Assembly (NCBI RefSeq): GCF_044704955.1
Contig: NC_091999.1
Location: forward strand, 29,574,001-29,638,000
Length of the DNA stretch: 64,000 nt
Direction of reading: 5' to 3'
Origin: Pristiophorus japonicus
Lineage: Eukaryota
Shown: one piece after another, positions 12,393 to 25,500 of the stretch
How positions within the stretch are numbered: position 1 is the first letter of the stretch
Layout: each line of letters begins with the position of its first letter
Position numbers and translations under genes: made by a program
Notes under the pieces: model-generated
Databases searched by the model: none
What the model was told of the DNA's origin: nothing
What the model saw: only the letters and a program-made list of their open reading frames with translations

Positions 12393-13303
12393 TTATAATT
12401 TGTTTAATTTTATAATGAGATTCATTGGATATTTCAGCGCATCCATTAACTCCTCTCTGAATTTACTCTGGAACACTGAATAAATACACGTGTTTGTGCA
12501 GGAACTCAAAAGCTGAAGACTATTTCCGGTTTCTTGGAGAATACATTTTGGGTCTTTGAAATTGGAACCTGAGAAATAATTATTCTTTGTAATTCGGACA
12601 TACAAGAAATTTACAACGTACACTGTCCATAATAGGATGAAACTGCCCGAGATGGTAAAGTGTAAAACGATTAATTTTCTCCGGCTCTCCAACTCTGGGT
12701 CGCTTTGATTCTCTCCATTGCTGTGGGCCCGGAGCCTTCTGCGGGCTCTGCTCGTCGCTAGAATATGTCTGACGGTCAGAGCATTGAGCAGCAATATCAG
12801 GAGAAAGGGGAGTCATGGCGTTAAAATTCTGTCAAGCCAGTCATATACTATCCATAGAGGAGAACGATAAAATATTACTTTGATGTTACATAACCATGGG
12901 ACATTGTCAGTTATGAACATAGGTTCATAAGTGAGATAAGAAGTGATGTTTTTTTAAACAGCCAGGGCACCGACCATGACTATAATCAGAGCCGCACTTT
13001 TCTCAGTGCAATATTTTGTTTTCAGTTTCTGGCATCATATCGCCACAAATCGATCGAAGGTGAAAGCGACTGTTAACCAGATGGAACTATCCGTGGCTAC
13101 ATAAATTAGGATAGATGTTATAGTACAGCCTGGAGTAGTGGACAGCAGACTAAATTGAAAATAAATTCCACTGATCCGGTTTAATATCACAGCGGTGATA
13201 ATGACCAGGAGATCTGCCACTGCCATGGACAGCAGGTACCAAGTGATACATCTGGAAAGACCGCACTTTCCTCGGGACAGGATCACAATTATCACCAAGT
13301 TAG
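12393..13303 (-). pseudogene. GPR139/GPR142-like class A GPCR, exon 2 (pseudogene)
   Basis: Acceptor cctgcag|13303. Reads ANLVIIVILSRGKCGLSRCITWYLLSMAVADLL..FTFDRFVAI*CQKLKTKYCTEK..LLSSCTNTCIY..SKFREEL. In-frame stops at 13035-37, 12954-56 and 12813-15. Confidence 0.88.
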
Positions 13304-13689
13304 CTGCAGGAAATAGACAGAAAAGAAAACAGTAACATTAAGTATCACTCCTCCTTGATGTTTATTTATTTTGATCATATTTCAGCCTCGCGATGGGAAT
13401 GATTCAGTGACCTGTCGGCAGAGATTGATCTGTTAAGATTTGAATAATGTTTGAGGAAGGGAAGCAGGAACAGCGAAAGTGAAGGAGCGTGGGCGGACTA
13501 AAGCAATGAATGAGGAGCAGGACAGTGAGAGCAGGCCAAGGAGTTTTAGGTGCAACTTCGTGACTACAACCGTTTATCGTTCACTGATTGCCATCCATTT
13601 AATGACTCAGAATATCCCTTCAATAATTGCATGGCTAAAATCACACGTCAATGATGCAATCATTCAATCAGTTCAGAAATTCGATCATA

Positions 13690-14560
13690 TAGACTCATAG
13701 ATTCATAGAAGCTTACAGCACGGAAGGAGGCCATTTAAGGCCCTCGACCAACAAGAAGCTTTCCAGCTTAATCACACGTTCCAGCTCTAGGTCTGTAATC
13801 CTGCAGGTTACGGCACCTATGGTGCATATCCAAGTACTTTTTAAATGTGGTGAGGGGTTCTGCCTCTACCATCCTTTCAGGCAGTGAGTTCCAGAACACT
13901 CTGCATGAAGAAATTCCCCTCAAATCCCCTTTAAAACTTTTAATTATTTTAAATTGATGTATCCTGGTTGTTGATCCCTCTGCTAATGGCAATAGACCCT
14001 TTCTATCCACTATATCTAGGCCCGTCATAACATTATACACATCAATGAAGTTTCCCCTCTGTTCCAAGAAAAACAAATCCAGCCTATCCAATCTGTCCTC
14101 GTGGCTAATATTCCCCACTACCGGCAACATGCTCGTAAATCTCCAGTTCAATCATCTCCTTCCTGCAATGCGGTGACCAGAACTGCACACAATACTTCAG
14201 CTGTGGTCTAACCAGTGTTTTATACAGTTGACGCATAAGCCCCCCCTGCTCTTGAATTTTATGCCGCGGCTAATAAATGCAAGCTTTAATTATGCCTTAT
14301 TAATCACCTTATCTACCTGTACTGCTAACTTCAGGGATCTCTGGACATGCACTCCAACGTCTCTTTGTCCCTCGACACTTCTCAGTGAACCATTTAATGT
14401 GTATTCCCTTTCCTTTTCAACCTTCCCCAAATGCATTACCTCACAAACCTCTGGATTAAATTCAATTTGCCACTGTTCTGCCCACCTGACCCGTTGATAG
14501 ACATTTTCCTGCTGTCTGCACCTTTATTCTTCATTATCAACCACACAGTTGATTTTAGTA
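13690..14560 (-). mobile_element. CR1 LINE 3' fragment in the GPCR intron
   Basis: ORF 13768-14151 reads EDRLDRLDLFFLEQR..FWNSLPERMVEA; catagatt tail. Confidence 0.88.
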
Positions 14561-15002
14561 TCGTTTCAACGCAATAGTCAGAAATAGATGCATTTTAAAT
14601 ACCCTTTACACGCATCATTTCTGGACATTTGAACGTCGACAGCATTTGTGAACCTGTGTTTGATCACCAGAATTAACTGTACTGATAAAAAGTGGCGGGA
14701 AATACATATCAAGACACACATTATTGACCGATCATTGTCGCATCGGTTCACTTCAGATTTTTTCATCAGTCACACGATTCTTACTTTTTAAAAATAACGA
14801 CTTTTGGACTTGAACAGAGATTATTAGCTGAAGGCAGTGCGAATATAGTTCTGGGACAGGAAGTCACGCTGATGCAGAATAATGTTGTAATAAATTTTGC
14901 TTTGGACACCCGGGGAACTTTACAATTCCAATAAAATGTCACACTGAACAGGGATACAGAAGACACATACTCTCACTCAGGGAGATTTGAAATGAGACCA
15001 GA

Positions 15003-15080
15003 AAACCTGGAAGGTCAAGCAACATCTGTGGAGAGAGAAAATGAGTTAATGTATCAGATCAGTGATCTTTCATCAGAACA
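15003..15080 (-). mobile_element. Penelope-like element terminal fragment with degenerate hammerhead motif
   Basis: Reverse complement gttCTGATGAaAGATCactGATCTgatacattaac; homologous to 54490-54580 and 56751-56880. Confidence 0.7.
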
Positions 15081-15203
15081 CAATGAACAAAGCGGCTGTG
15101 AAGCAAAATCTCGAAACACAAAATGCCAAATCGGGTAAAGATGCAGATCATCAGTAGAAACCGTGATATCCTTAACAACCAATGACTTGCTGTAATACCT
15201 TAC

Positions 15204-15273
15204 CTGGAACACCGACAGCAGCGAGAAGCGGATAGTAAATGGCAAGTATTGGACTGTTTCCAGGGGCGTGCAT
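15204..15273 (-). pseudogene. GPR139/GPR142-like GPCR, exon 1
   Basis: ATG at 15273; reads MHAPGNSPILAIYYPLLAAVGVP then g|gtaag. The 70-nt phase-1 exon joins exon 2 to give the TM1 motif GVPANL. Confidence 0.85.
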
Positions 15274-15626
15274 TCTCTGTGAGAAACGAATTGCTGGAGA
15301 CAGTAGCTCCAATATGAGTTGTGGCTCATTCTAATGATCCCTTAGTTATACCGAATGTTAATCCCTAGTGAGCCAATCAGATTATGCAATTTTATTGTGA
15401 GCTACGGTCATTGAAACAAACAAATTAAGATAGCCATTTTCGAGTTCACCTTTTCTACATTACAATAACTTCCAATGAATATTGCACCATGTGGCAGGGG
15501 AAAAAAGACTTCCGTATCTTTCTAAGGAAAATATAATGTAAATCTCCATCTGGACATTCGAAGATGGCATAAAACCATACACAGCATAGAGGTCCGAGTT
15601 CAATTCCTGGTGTTTTCTTTTGAACT

Positions 15627-15930
15627 ATGGGGCACAGTCTCAGGATAAGGGGAAGCCTATTTAGGATCGAGATGAGGAGGAATTACTTCACTCAGAGGGT
15701 TGTGAATCTTTTGAATTCTCGGCCTCATCGGGCTGTGGATGCCGAATCTCTGAATATATTCAAGACTGAGGTAGATAGATTTTTGGAGTCTATGGGGAAT
15801 CTGGGGATATGAAGATTGTGCAGGAAAGTGGAGTTGAGTTCGATGATCAATTATGAATTTATTGAATGGCAGAGCAGGCTCGAGAGGCATAGGGCCTACT
15901 CCTGCTCCTATTTCTAATGGTTTGTTATGT
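15627..15930 (+). mobile_element. CR1 LINE 3' end
   Basis: GHSLRIRGSLFRIEMRRNYFTQRVVNL plus CR1 3' UTR. Confidence 0.9.
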
Positions 15931-16329
15931 TCCTTAATCAGACCCAAATTATCTCAATGGGAGAAAGCAGTTGTGCGATCTAATGATAACTTTTGTCTCC
16001 CATCCTGCAATAAAGCAGTCATAGTGTAGTAGGTGGTGCTATCTTTGGACAGAGCACCCCTTGTTCTGCAGCAAACCATCATACGGCAGAAGGGGTGCTA
16101 AAATTATAAAGCACATCCCTCATCATCCGATAAATCAATAATCGGGATGGTACAACTAGACAGACAAATAAGATGTAAACAGAAACGTGTTTTATCAATT
16201 AAAACATGCAATACTCAAATAAACAGGGTTGAATACAGGAAACAGCTAAAGAAAATGATGGCTGCTATCACATCATCAAACACTAATGGACTAATGGTTT
16301 GTAGACAACTGTGGCAGTAATGGGATCAG

Positions 16330-18245
16330 CATTTTTCTTTACGTGGTGAATCAGAGACTTATCAAAGATTGTATTGGGCCACTGAAGGGTGTTCAAGGGC
16401 AGGTTTCAAAGGAATCACTAAGAATGGTGGAAATATTACATTTGTACTTTGCATCAGTCTTCACCCTTGAAAATGATTCTCGAATATTAGAATTTAATTC
16501 TACTAGTTTTGTTAGCAGCATTACCAAAGATAAAAACGTTAGGGTAAAAGTAATTAAGAACTTGGAAATAGATAGAGCAGCCGCACTGGATGATATCCAC
16601 CTGATGGTCCTCTGGGAGATAGGACATGAGCTGTGAGAGCTGCTGGCCTGTATTTATAATAGCTCACTGCTCTCTTGAATGGGTCCTACAGATTGGATGG
16701 AGACTAATGCAGACCCCATTTTTGAAATAGGTGACAAGACAGACTCGGGCAACTATAGGCCCATCAGTTTAACATCAGTAATATGTAAGATGCTTGAAGC
16801 AAACATAAGGGATTTAAGAATACTTGGATAGGGAGGGACATTTTAGGCATACCAATATGACTTCATAAAAAAGAGGTAGTATCTCACAAATCTAATTGTA
16901 TTTTTTGAAAAAGTTACGAAGTTTGTGGATCAGGGAAGCCCAGTAGACATTGTCCACTCAGATTTCCCAAAACATTTTGAATAATACCGCACAAAAGGCT
17001 TTTGTATAAGATCGGAGCCTCTGTTATACGTTGAAATATATTGAGTTGGATTCAGAACTGGCTGGCAGGAAACAGTCAAAAAGTAATAATTGATGGATTT
17101 GAATCTGATTGTAGACTAGTCACCCGTGGTGTCCCGCAGGGGTCAGTGTTGGGTATATTGTGTTTTACTATTTTTAATAATGATCTAGATTTTGGGATTG
17201 CGCGCAAAATTTTTAAATTTGCAGATGATACCAAGATCTGAGTGAGATTTTGAATTATAGCAGATGCTCGACTGCTTCAGGCAGATCTTGATGTGCTGGT
17301 AGATTATGCTCAAGGCTGGAAAATTATGTACAACTTAGATAAGTGCATATTTATGCATGTAGTTAGGGCAAATGTTCACATTCTTACACCCTCCAGGGAA
17401 AGGTATTAAAGTTGGCGCAGATAGAAATGGAATTGCGCATTCTAGTACATACATCCTTAAAGTTACATGAGCAATGCCATGCAGTGATAGTTACAGCAAA
17501 TAAGGCATCGGGGTGTATCCAAATGACATTTGATTATAATAGGACGTATACTGTTATGTCCTTGATCAAGGCCTTAATCAGACCGAGTTTTGAATACTGT
17601 GTCCATTTTTGTCCTCCTCACATGATAGGTGATATTGACACTCTGAAAAGGAGAACAAGAAGGTCACGAGGCTATTTCCAAGTATAAAGCATTTTAATTA
17701 CCAATATAGGTTGAATGAGTTGGTACTCAATTCCTTAGATCAGCGTAGACTTAGGGGGGATCTGATTGAGGTTTATATAATAATGAAGGAAATAGAAGGT
17801 TTTCCAACCGATAGTTAATTTCAATTAATTAGGTTAGGTTGGACCAGGTATCACACATTTAAGTTGTATAGGACTAGATCTAGGTTAGATGTCAGGAGGT
17901 GGATCTTTTCCCAGAAGATAGTAGACCACTGTACAATCTGTCGTTTCATGAAATGAATGCAGACTCACTGAATTCCTCATGTGAAAGCAGGATTTGTTTC
18001 TGGCTGCGGTAGAGATCACATGTTATAGAAGGGAGGTACTGCAGGGAATTCAAGGCCAGAGTAATCACCTGGACTAGTTTCGATCATCTAGATGGATCAG
18101 AGAAGAATTTGCCAAATTTCTTCCCCCAAATTGGCCTGGGTTTTTAATCAGACTTTTGCTACTTCCAGGAGATCACATGGTTTAGGGCGGCGTGGGACAG
18201 GCTCAATGGACCAGATGGTCTTAACCTTTCCATCATTGCATGTAT
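16330..18245 (+). mobile_element. Degraded CR1 LINE (RT domain and 3' UTR; distinct subfamily)
   Basis: [37 protein letters not shown]; many stops and frameshifts. Confidence 0.9.
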
Positions 18246-18357
18246 GCTCGTATCTTTGTTTGTAGAGTGTCCGTTCTCTTGCAGTAAATGTGTCATATGG
18301 CAGTGGGCGTTGCTAAATGTATACAGAGCGTCGTTTGTCTTGCGGCAAATCAGTCAG

Positions 18358-18440
18358 AGGGAGGCAGGGGGCGCAACAATTATTAAAGAACATACTATTC
18401 CATGCGTTAAAAAATTAAGAAAGCAGTAGGGGGCGCTACA
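18358..18440 (+). promoter_or_regulatory. Pair of putative CTCF-binding sites
   Basis: gaggCAGGGGGCGCa (18361-18375) and gcagTAGGGGGCGCta (18423-18438), both forward-oriented CTCF-like cores. Confidence 0.45.
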
Positions 18441-18473
18441 ATTATAAACGAATAAAGATATTGAAAAAGAGAT

Positions 18474-18945
18474 NNNNNNNNNNNNNNNNNNNNNNNNNNN
18501 NNNNNNNNNNNNNNNNNNNNNNNNNNNNNNNNNNNNNNNNNNNNNNNNNNNNNNNNNNNNNNNNNNNNNNNNNNNNNNNNNNNNNNNNNNNNNNNNNNNN
18601 NNNNNNNNNNNNNNNNNNNNNNNNNNNNNNNNNNNNNNNNNNNNNNNNNNNNNNNNNNNNNNNNNAGAGTGATAGAAAGAGAGAGGGATAATCTGCCAGC
18701 TAGGCAGATAGAAAGATAGACAGACAGCCAAATAGATTGATAGTTACATAGATCGACTGATACATACATAGATAGATAGACAGACATATCGACAGACAGA
18801 CTGATAGGCAGACTGACAGACTGACTAACAGATAGATAGTTAGACAGATAGACAAAGAGGGCTAGAAGAATCTATAGATATATAGACAGACTGAAAGATA
18901 GATATTGATAGGGCATACAGATAGCTCGGTAGATAGGTAAATATC
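18474..18945. repeat. N-run (18474-18665) with (TAGA/CAGA)n microsatellite flank
   Basis: Run of N followed by degenerate gata/gaca repeats. Similar N-runs at 19819-20118, 39449-39690, 44053-44285, 45061-45330, 48523-48818 and 54189-54431. Confidence 0.9.
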
Positions 18946-18989
18946 ATGTTGAAAGCAACATATTAATGAAAGGAATGTCCTTGAAGAGA

Positions 18990-19200
18990 AAATGAGCGCT
19001 GTTTGCAGTTCGAGTTGTGTGTGTGGAAAAGTTACAATTTCAAAATCAAGTTATGGAAATCTCATTTTGTACTGACATGTAATGCACTGCATGGTGGGAC
19101 TGGTGACCAGAGTCTGCAATAACATAATGCAGGAGAGGGGCGAGGGTCAGGAGATGGAAACAGCAGGGTGTATTGACACTTGATAAATGTACATTTGGCA
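18990..19200 (-). repeat. Unclassified dispersed repeat adjoining TAGA microsatellite (copy 1)
   Basis: Reverse complement tatgttattgcaga..gcagtgcattacatgtcagtacaaaatgagatttccata..ttttccaca..cgaactgcaaac aligns with 44650-44860, 48020-48320, 53695-53990 and rc 39890-40090. Confidence 0.7.
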
Positions 19201-19404
19201 CACTGTAATTAAAGAATATAAACAACTTGCTCATCCAGTCTGAATCAGACCGACCTTCATCTCCTTTCCTTGTTGCTGGATGTGATGCTATGTCTCAGGA
19301 TCAAGTGGACACTATCTCAACAGTCCTTAAAACCGTGGATGTACATTACGAGTCACATCAGAAATTATATTCAAATGAAAATCAGTGAGGCACAATGCAG
19401 GGAT

Positions 19405-19818
19405 ACATAATAACATAAAAAATCGGAGCAGCAAGAGGCCATTTGGCCCTGCGAGCCTCTCCGCCCTTCAGTAAGGTAATGGCTGATCTTGTACCTCAAC
19501 TGCACTTTCCAGCACTATCAAGAATCTCTTGATTCTCTTATTATCCGACAATCTATCGACATGTGCATTGAATATACTGAACGAATATGCCTCCACTGCC
19601 CTCTTGAGCAGAGAATTCCAAAGAATCACCCCCCTCTGTGAAGACATTTCTTTTCATCTAAGTCCTGGTTTATCCTGAGATAGTGAAAGCCTAGTTCTAG
19701 AATCTCCTGCCAGATCTTCCCTGCGTTTACCCTGTAAAGCCCTGGATGAATGTTGTAGTTTTTATATGACATTTTATTCTTCGTAACTCTAGAGGATATA
19801 GGAGTAGTCTACTCAATC
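19405..19818 (-). mobile_element. CR1 LINE 3' fragment
   Basis: acataataacataaaaatcggagcagcaagaggccatttggccc tail; LYPLELRRI motif. Confidence 0.8.
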
Positions 19819-20118
19819 NNNNNNNNNNNNNNNNNNNNNNNNNNNNNNNNNNNNNNNNNNNNNNNNNNNNNNNNNNNNNNNNNNNNNNNNNNNNNNNNNN
19901 NNNNNNNNNNNNNNNNNNNNNNNNNNNNNNNNNNNNNNNNNNNNNNNNNNNNNNNNNNNNNNNNNNNNNNNNNNNNNNNNNNNNNNNNNNNNNNNNNNNN
20001 NNNNNNNNNNNNNNNNNNNNNNNNNNNNNNNNNNNNNNNNNNNNNNNNNNNNNNNNNNNNNNNNNNNNNNNNNNNNNNNNNNNNNNNNNNNNNNNNNNNN
20101 NNNNNNNNNNNNNNNNNN

Positions 20119-20840
20119 TGAGCAAGCAGGGACTAAGAGGCACCCGTCACCGTGCAGATATTACCATGAGGGTTTCAGACTGAGGCACCAGTCGATGTAC
20201 TGATATGTCCCTGAGGAAGGAAGTCATATGGATACCAATCAATGTCGAGATCTCCCCCTGAAGGAGAGGGAGTGAGATAAATCAGTCAATGTACAGATAT
20301 CTCCCTGTGGAGTGGAACTGAGGGACATCAGTCAATATTCTAATATCTCCATGAAGGAGAGAGACAGAGATAAACCGTCCATTGTACAGATAGCTCCTCA
20401 GGACATCAGACAGAGAGACACCCGTCAGTGTCCAGATATCTCTTGGTTATGCAGGTATAGCCATGAGGGATAGGGGAATGAGGGCAACAGTCGATATATT
20501 GATACCTCCATGCTTGACAGGGATGGAGAGACAGGAGCCAGTGCATAGCTATCTCTCTCAGAGAGAGGAGACTGAGACGCCAGGCACTGCACAGATATCT
20601 CTTGTGCGAGCAGAGACTGAGGGACACCAGCCAGTCTATAGAAATCTCCCTGAGTTGGGAAGGGACTGAGAGATACCAGCAGTGTACAAACATTTCTTGA
20701 GTGAAAGAGACTGGGAGACACCAGTCAATGTAAATATGTTTTCCTGCGAGAGTGGTGGGGGTCATCGAGACATCTGTAAATATACAGTTAACATCGGGAG
20801 GGAGAGGGACTTAGATCTTAGTCAGTGCACAGATATCTCG
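20119..20840. repeat. ~50-bp minisatellite
   Basis: Repeated agggactgagagacaccagtcaatgtacagatatctccct units. Confidence 0.85.
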
Positions 20841-21002
20841 CTTTCTCACGTATAGGATGACATTATTTTCAGTATTTCAATAACTTTAATCATATCCGTC
20901 CATTTACAGGATGCAATTTCCTCCTTGATGTGTGAAATTATGCATGCTGGAACCTCAGGGATCTCTTGTATCTACTGGTTTCCAAAGATTTCAGAGAGGA
21001 AC

Positions 21003-22250
21003 GTCATAGAATCACAAAAGTTTACAGCACGGAAGGAGGCCATTTCCTCCCATCGTGACTATGCCGGTCAATCAGAGGCAAACCAGCCAAATCCCACTTC
21101 CCATCCTTGGTCCGTAACCATGCAGGTTACGATACTTCAACTGCACATTCAAGTACTTTGTAAATGTGGTGAGGGTTACGCCCTATACCACACTTTCAGC
21201 CAGTGGGTTCCAGACCTCCGAAACGCTCTGCATTAAGAAATTCCCCTCAACTGCCCTCTAAACCTTCTACCAATTACTTTAAATTTATGCCCGCTGTAAG
21301 TCGACCCCTCTGCTATGGGAAATAGACCCTTTCTATCTATTCTATCTTGGCCCCTCATAATTGAATACACCTCAATCAGTTCTCCGCTCAGCCTCGTCTG
21401 TTCCTAGGAAAACAAATTTAGCCAATCCAATCTGTACTCACAGCTAATATTCTCCACTGCTACCAATATCCTCCTAAATCGCCTCTATACCCTATCGAGT
21501 GCAATCACGTCCTTCCTGTAATGTGGTGACCAGAACTGCACTCACTACTACAGCTGAGGCCTAACCAGTATTTTATACAGTTCAAACATAAACCACCTTT
21601 CTTGTATGCTTTGCTTTGCCAAATAAAGGCAAGCATTCCGTAAGCCTTCTTAACCAGCTTATCTACCTGGTCTATTACCTTCAGGGATCTGTGGACATGC
21701 ACTTTGGACATCCAAAGTCTCTTTGTTCGTCTACACTTCTCAGTTTCCAACCATTTAAAGTGTATTTCCGTTCCTTGATAGCCATCCTCAAATGCATTAC
21801 CTCACAGTTCTCTGGATTCAATACAAATTTGCACTATTCTGCCCCCCTGACCAGTTGATTGATATCTTCCTGCATTACGCAACTTCCCTCTTCATTACCA
21901 ACCATATAGCCAGTTTTAGTATCATCTGCAAACTTCTCAATCATACCCCCATATTCAAGTCTAGATCATTGATGTATATCACAAAACGTTGAGATCTAGT
22001 ACTGAGCCCTGTGGAACCCCACTGGAAAGATCCTTCCAGCCACAAAAACACCCATCAACCGTTACCCATTGCTTCCTGCCTCTGAGCCAATTTTTGGTCC
22101 AACTTGCCACTTTGCCCTGTATCGCAAGAGTTTTTACTTTTGTGATCAGTTTGCCATGTGAGACCTTATCAAAAGCCTAGCGAAAATCCATATTCACTAC
22201 TTCATATGTTTGGCTCTCATCGACCCACCTGGTTAATTTCTCAAAAAGGA
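21003..22250 (-). mobile_element. CR1 LINE fragment
   Basis: Minus-strand [32 protein letters not shown]. Confidence 0.9.
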
Positions 22251-22501
22251 GGTAACTTCAACCAGTCAAACCCAGTGAGATCGGATTAACATGGTGGAGA
22301 AGCAACTGATAACTTCAACAACAAATAACCTTACATTGCAGTATCAACTGTTTTTGGAGAATATATCGTTAATTTACCCCATATTTTGATCGGTTGCTCT
22401 TTTTTATTTGCCACAACATCAAATGGTTAGTTTTGAGAGTTGGAAAGCAAGTCAACAGATCAGGGTCGGAGATCAACTCATCCAATCAGACTGGGCCCTC
22501 G

Positions 22502-25500
22502 ATGGACAACGCCTATGACGAAGTGGCACAGAACAAAACCATCGTCCTTCCCTGTTTCCTTGTATTAGTGCTTGTATCGGGCATTGCCGGGACCTCAAGT
22601 GTACTGTGGCACGTCGTACGAATGAAGAAGGTCTCACAAGCAAGTGATGTCCTCCTTCTGGATTTAATGATCACCGACTTCTTGATTATCCTGGTCTCTA
22701 TACTTTCTCTTATTCAATTTATCCTTGGAAGCAGATTATGGAGTAATTCCGTGATGTCAGTGCCCTCTTCCGTCTAATCAATCTTTATGGCAACGCACTT
22801 TTCATGACCTGCATTGCTATTACATAGAAACATAGAAAAAAGGTGCAAAAGTAGGTCATTCGGCCCTTCGAGCCTGCACCACCATTCAATATGATCATGG
22901 CTGATCATGCAACTTCATTACCCCATTCCTGCTTTCTCTCCATACCCCTTGATCCCTTTAGCTGCAAGTGCCTCATCTAAGTCCCTTTTGAATATGTCTA
23001 ACCAACTGGCCTCAACAACTTTCTGTGGTAGAGAATTCCACAGGTTCACATTTCTCTGAGTGAAGACGTTTCTCCTCATCTCGGTCCTAATTGGCTTACC
23101 CCTTATCCTTAGACTCATGGTGCTGGACTTCCACAAGATCGGGACCATACTTCTTGCATCCTACCTGTCCAATCCCATCAGAATTTAGCATGTTTCTATG
23201 AGATCCCCTCTCATTCTTCTAAATTCCAGTGAATATATGCCTAGTCGATCCAGTCTTTCTTCATATGTCAGTTCTGCCATCCCGCGAATCTGTCTTTTGA
23301 ACCGTCGCTGCACTCCCTCAATAGCAAGAATGTCCTTCCTCAGGTAAGGAGACCAAAACTCTACACAAATATCAAGGTGTGGCCTCACCGAGGCCCTGTA
23401 CAACTTCAGTAAGACCTCACTGCTCCTATATTCAATAACTTTCGCTATGAAGGCCAGCATGCCATTCACCGCTTGCTGAACCTGCATGCCAACTTTCAAT
23501 AACTGATGTACCATGACACCCAGGTGTCGTTGCACCTCCACTTTTCTTATTTGTCACCATTCAGATAATATTTTGCATCCCTGTTTTTGTCACCAAAGTG
23601 GATAACCTCACATTTATCTATATTATACTGCATCTGCCATGCATTTGCCCACTCACCTAACCTGTCCAAGTCACCCTGCAGCCTGTTACCATCCTCCTCA
23701 CAGTTCACACTGCCATCCAACTTAGTGTCATCTGCAAACTTGGAAATATTATTTTCAATTCCTTCGTCAAAATCATTAATGTATACCGTAACTAGCTGAG
23801 GTCCCAGCACTGAACCTTGAGGTACCCCACTCGTCACTGTCTGCAATTCTGAAAAGGAACCGTTTATTCCTACTCTTTGCTTCCTGTCTGCCAATCAATT
23901 CTCTATCTACGGCAATACATTACCCCCAATACCATGTGCTTTAATTTTTACACACTAATCTCTGATGTGGGACCTGGCCAAAAACCGTTTGAAATTCCAA
24001 ATACACCACAACCACTGGTTCTCCCTTGTCCACGCTACTGGTTACATCCTAAAAAGCTTCTAGACGATTTGGCAAACCTGATTTCCTTTCATTAATCCAT
24101 GCTGACTTGGACCGATCCTGTCACTGCTTTCCAAATGCGCTGCTATTACATCTTCAATGATGGATTTCAACATTTTTCCCACTACCGATGTCAGGCTAAC
24201 CGGTCTATAATTCCCTGTATTCTCTCTCCCACCTTTTTTAAAACGTGGGGTTACATTTGCTATCCTCCAATCCATAGGAACTGATCTAGAATCTATAGAA
24301 TGTTGGAAAATGAACACCAATTCATCCATTATTTCTAGGGCAACTTCCTTAAATACTCAGGGATGCAGAATATCAGTCCCTGGTGTTTTATCGGCCGTCA
24401 ATCCCATCAATTTCCCTAACACCTGATTCTGACTGCAAGGGAACTATATTTGTCCTCACTAATTTTTTTCTCTTTACATATCTATCGAAGCTTTGCAGTC
24501 AGTTTTCATGTTCTCGGCAAGCTTCCTCTCATACTCTAGTTGCCCCCTCCTAATTAAATCCTTTGTCCTCCTCTGCTGAATTCTAAATTTCTCCCAGTGC
24601 TCAGGTTTGCTGCTTTTCTGGCTAGTTTATATGCCTCTTCCTTGGATTTAACACAATCCCTAATTTCACTTGATAGCTACGGTTGAGCCAATTTCCCCGT
24701 TTTATTTTTATGCCAGACAGGGATGTGTAATTATTGAATTTCATCCATGTGATCTTTAAAAGTCTGCAATTGCCTATCCACCGTCAACCCTTTAAATATC
24801 ATTCGCCAGTCTATCCTAGCCAATCCACGTTTCATTCCATCGAAATTAACATTCTTTAATTTCAGGACTTTATTCTCTGAATTAACTGTGTCACTCTCCA
24901 TCTTAATGAAGAATTATATCACATTAAGGTCACTCTTCCCCAAGTGGCTTCGTAGAACAAGATTGCTAATTAATCCTCTCTCATTACACAATCTAGGGTG
25001 GCCAGCTCTTTGGTTTGTTCCTCGACATATTGGTCTAGAAAACCATCCCTTATACACTCCAGGAAATCCTCCTCCACAATATTGCTACCAGTTTGGTTAG
25101 CCCAATCTATATGTAAATTAAAGTTACCCATGCTAACTGCTGTACCTTTATTGCACGCATCCCTAATTTCCAGTTTGATGCCACCCCAACCTCACTATGA
25201 CTGTTTGGTGGTCCGTACACAAATTCCACTAGCGTTTTCTGCCCTTTGGTGTTCCGCAGCTCTACCCATACAGATTCCGCTTCATCCAAGCTAATGTCCT
25301 TCTTTACTATTGCTTTAATCTCCTCTTTAACCAGCAACGCTACCCCATCTCCTTGACCAATATATATTTTTGTCCACCACATTAGGTCTCATGTCTGGTG
25401 AAGGCCTTGATGCAACCTCATTCTAGTCTATGCAATTTGGGTGGCAGTGTTGGCCCTGAGCCTGATAGCCTTTTCATAATGAGAATTAGCTGATAAGGTT

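Noticed and set aside
18354-18787. ORFs spanning N-runs (also at 19.7, 39.3, 44-45, 48.4 and 54.1 kb)
   Set aside because: Artefacts of unknown bases.
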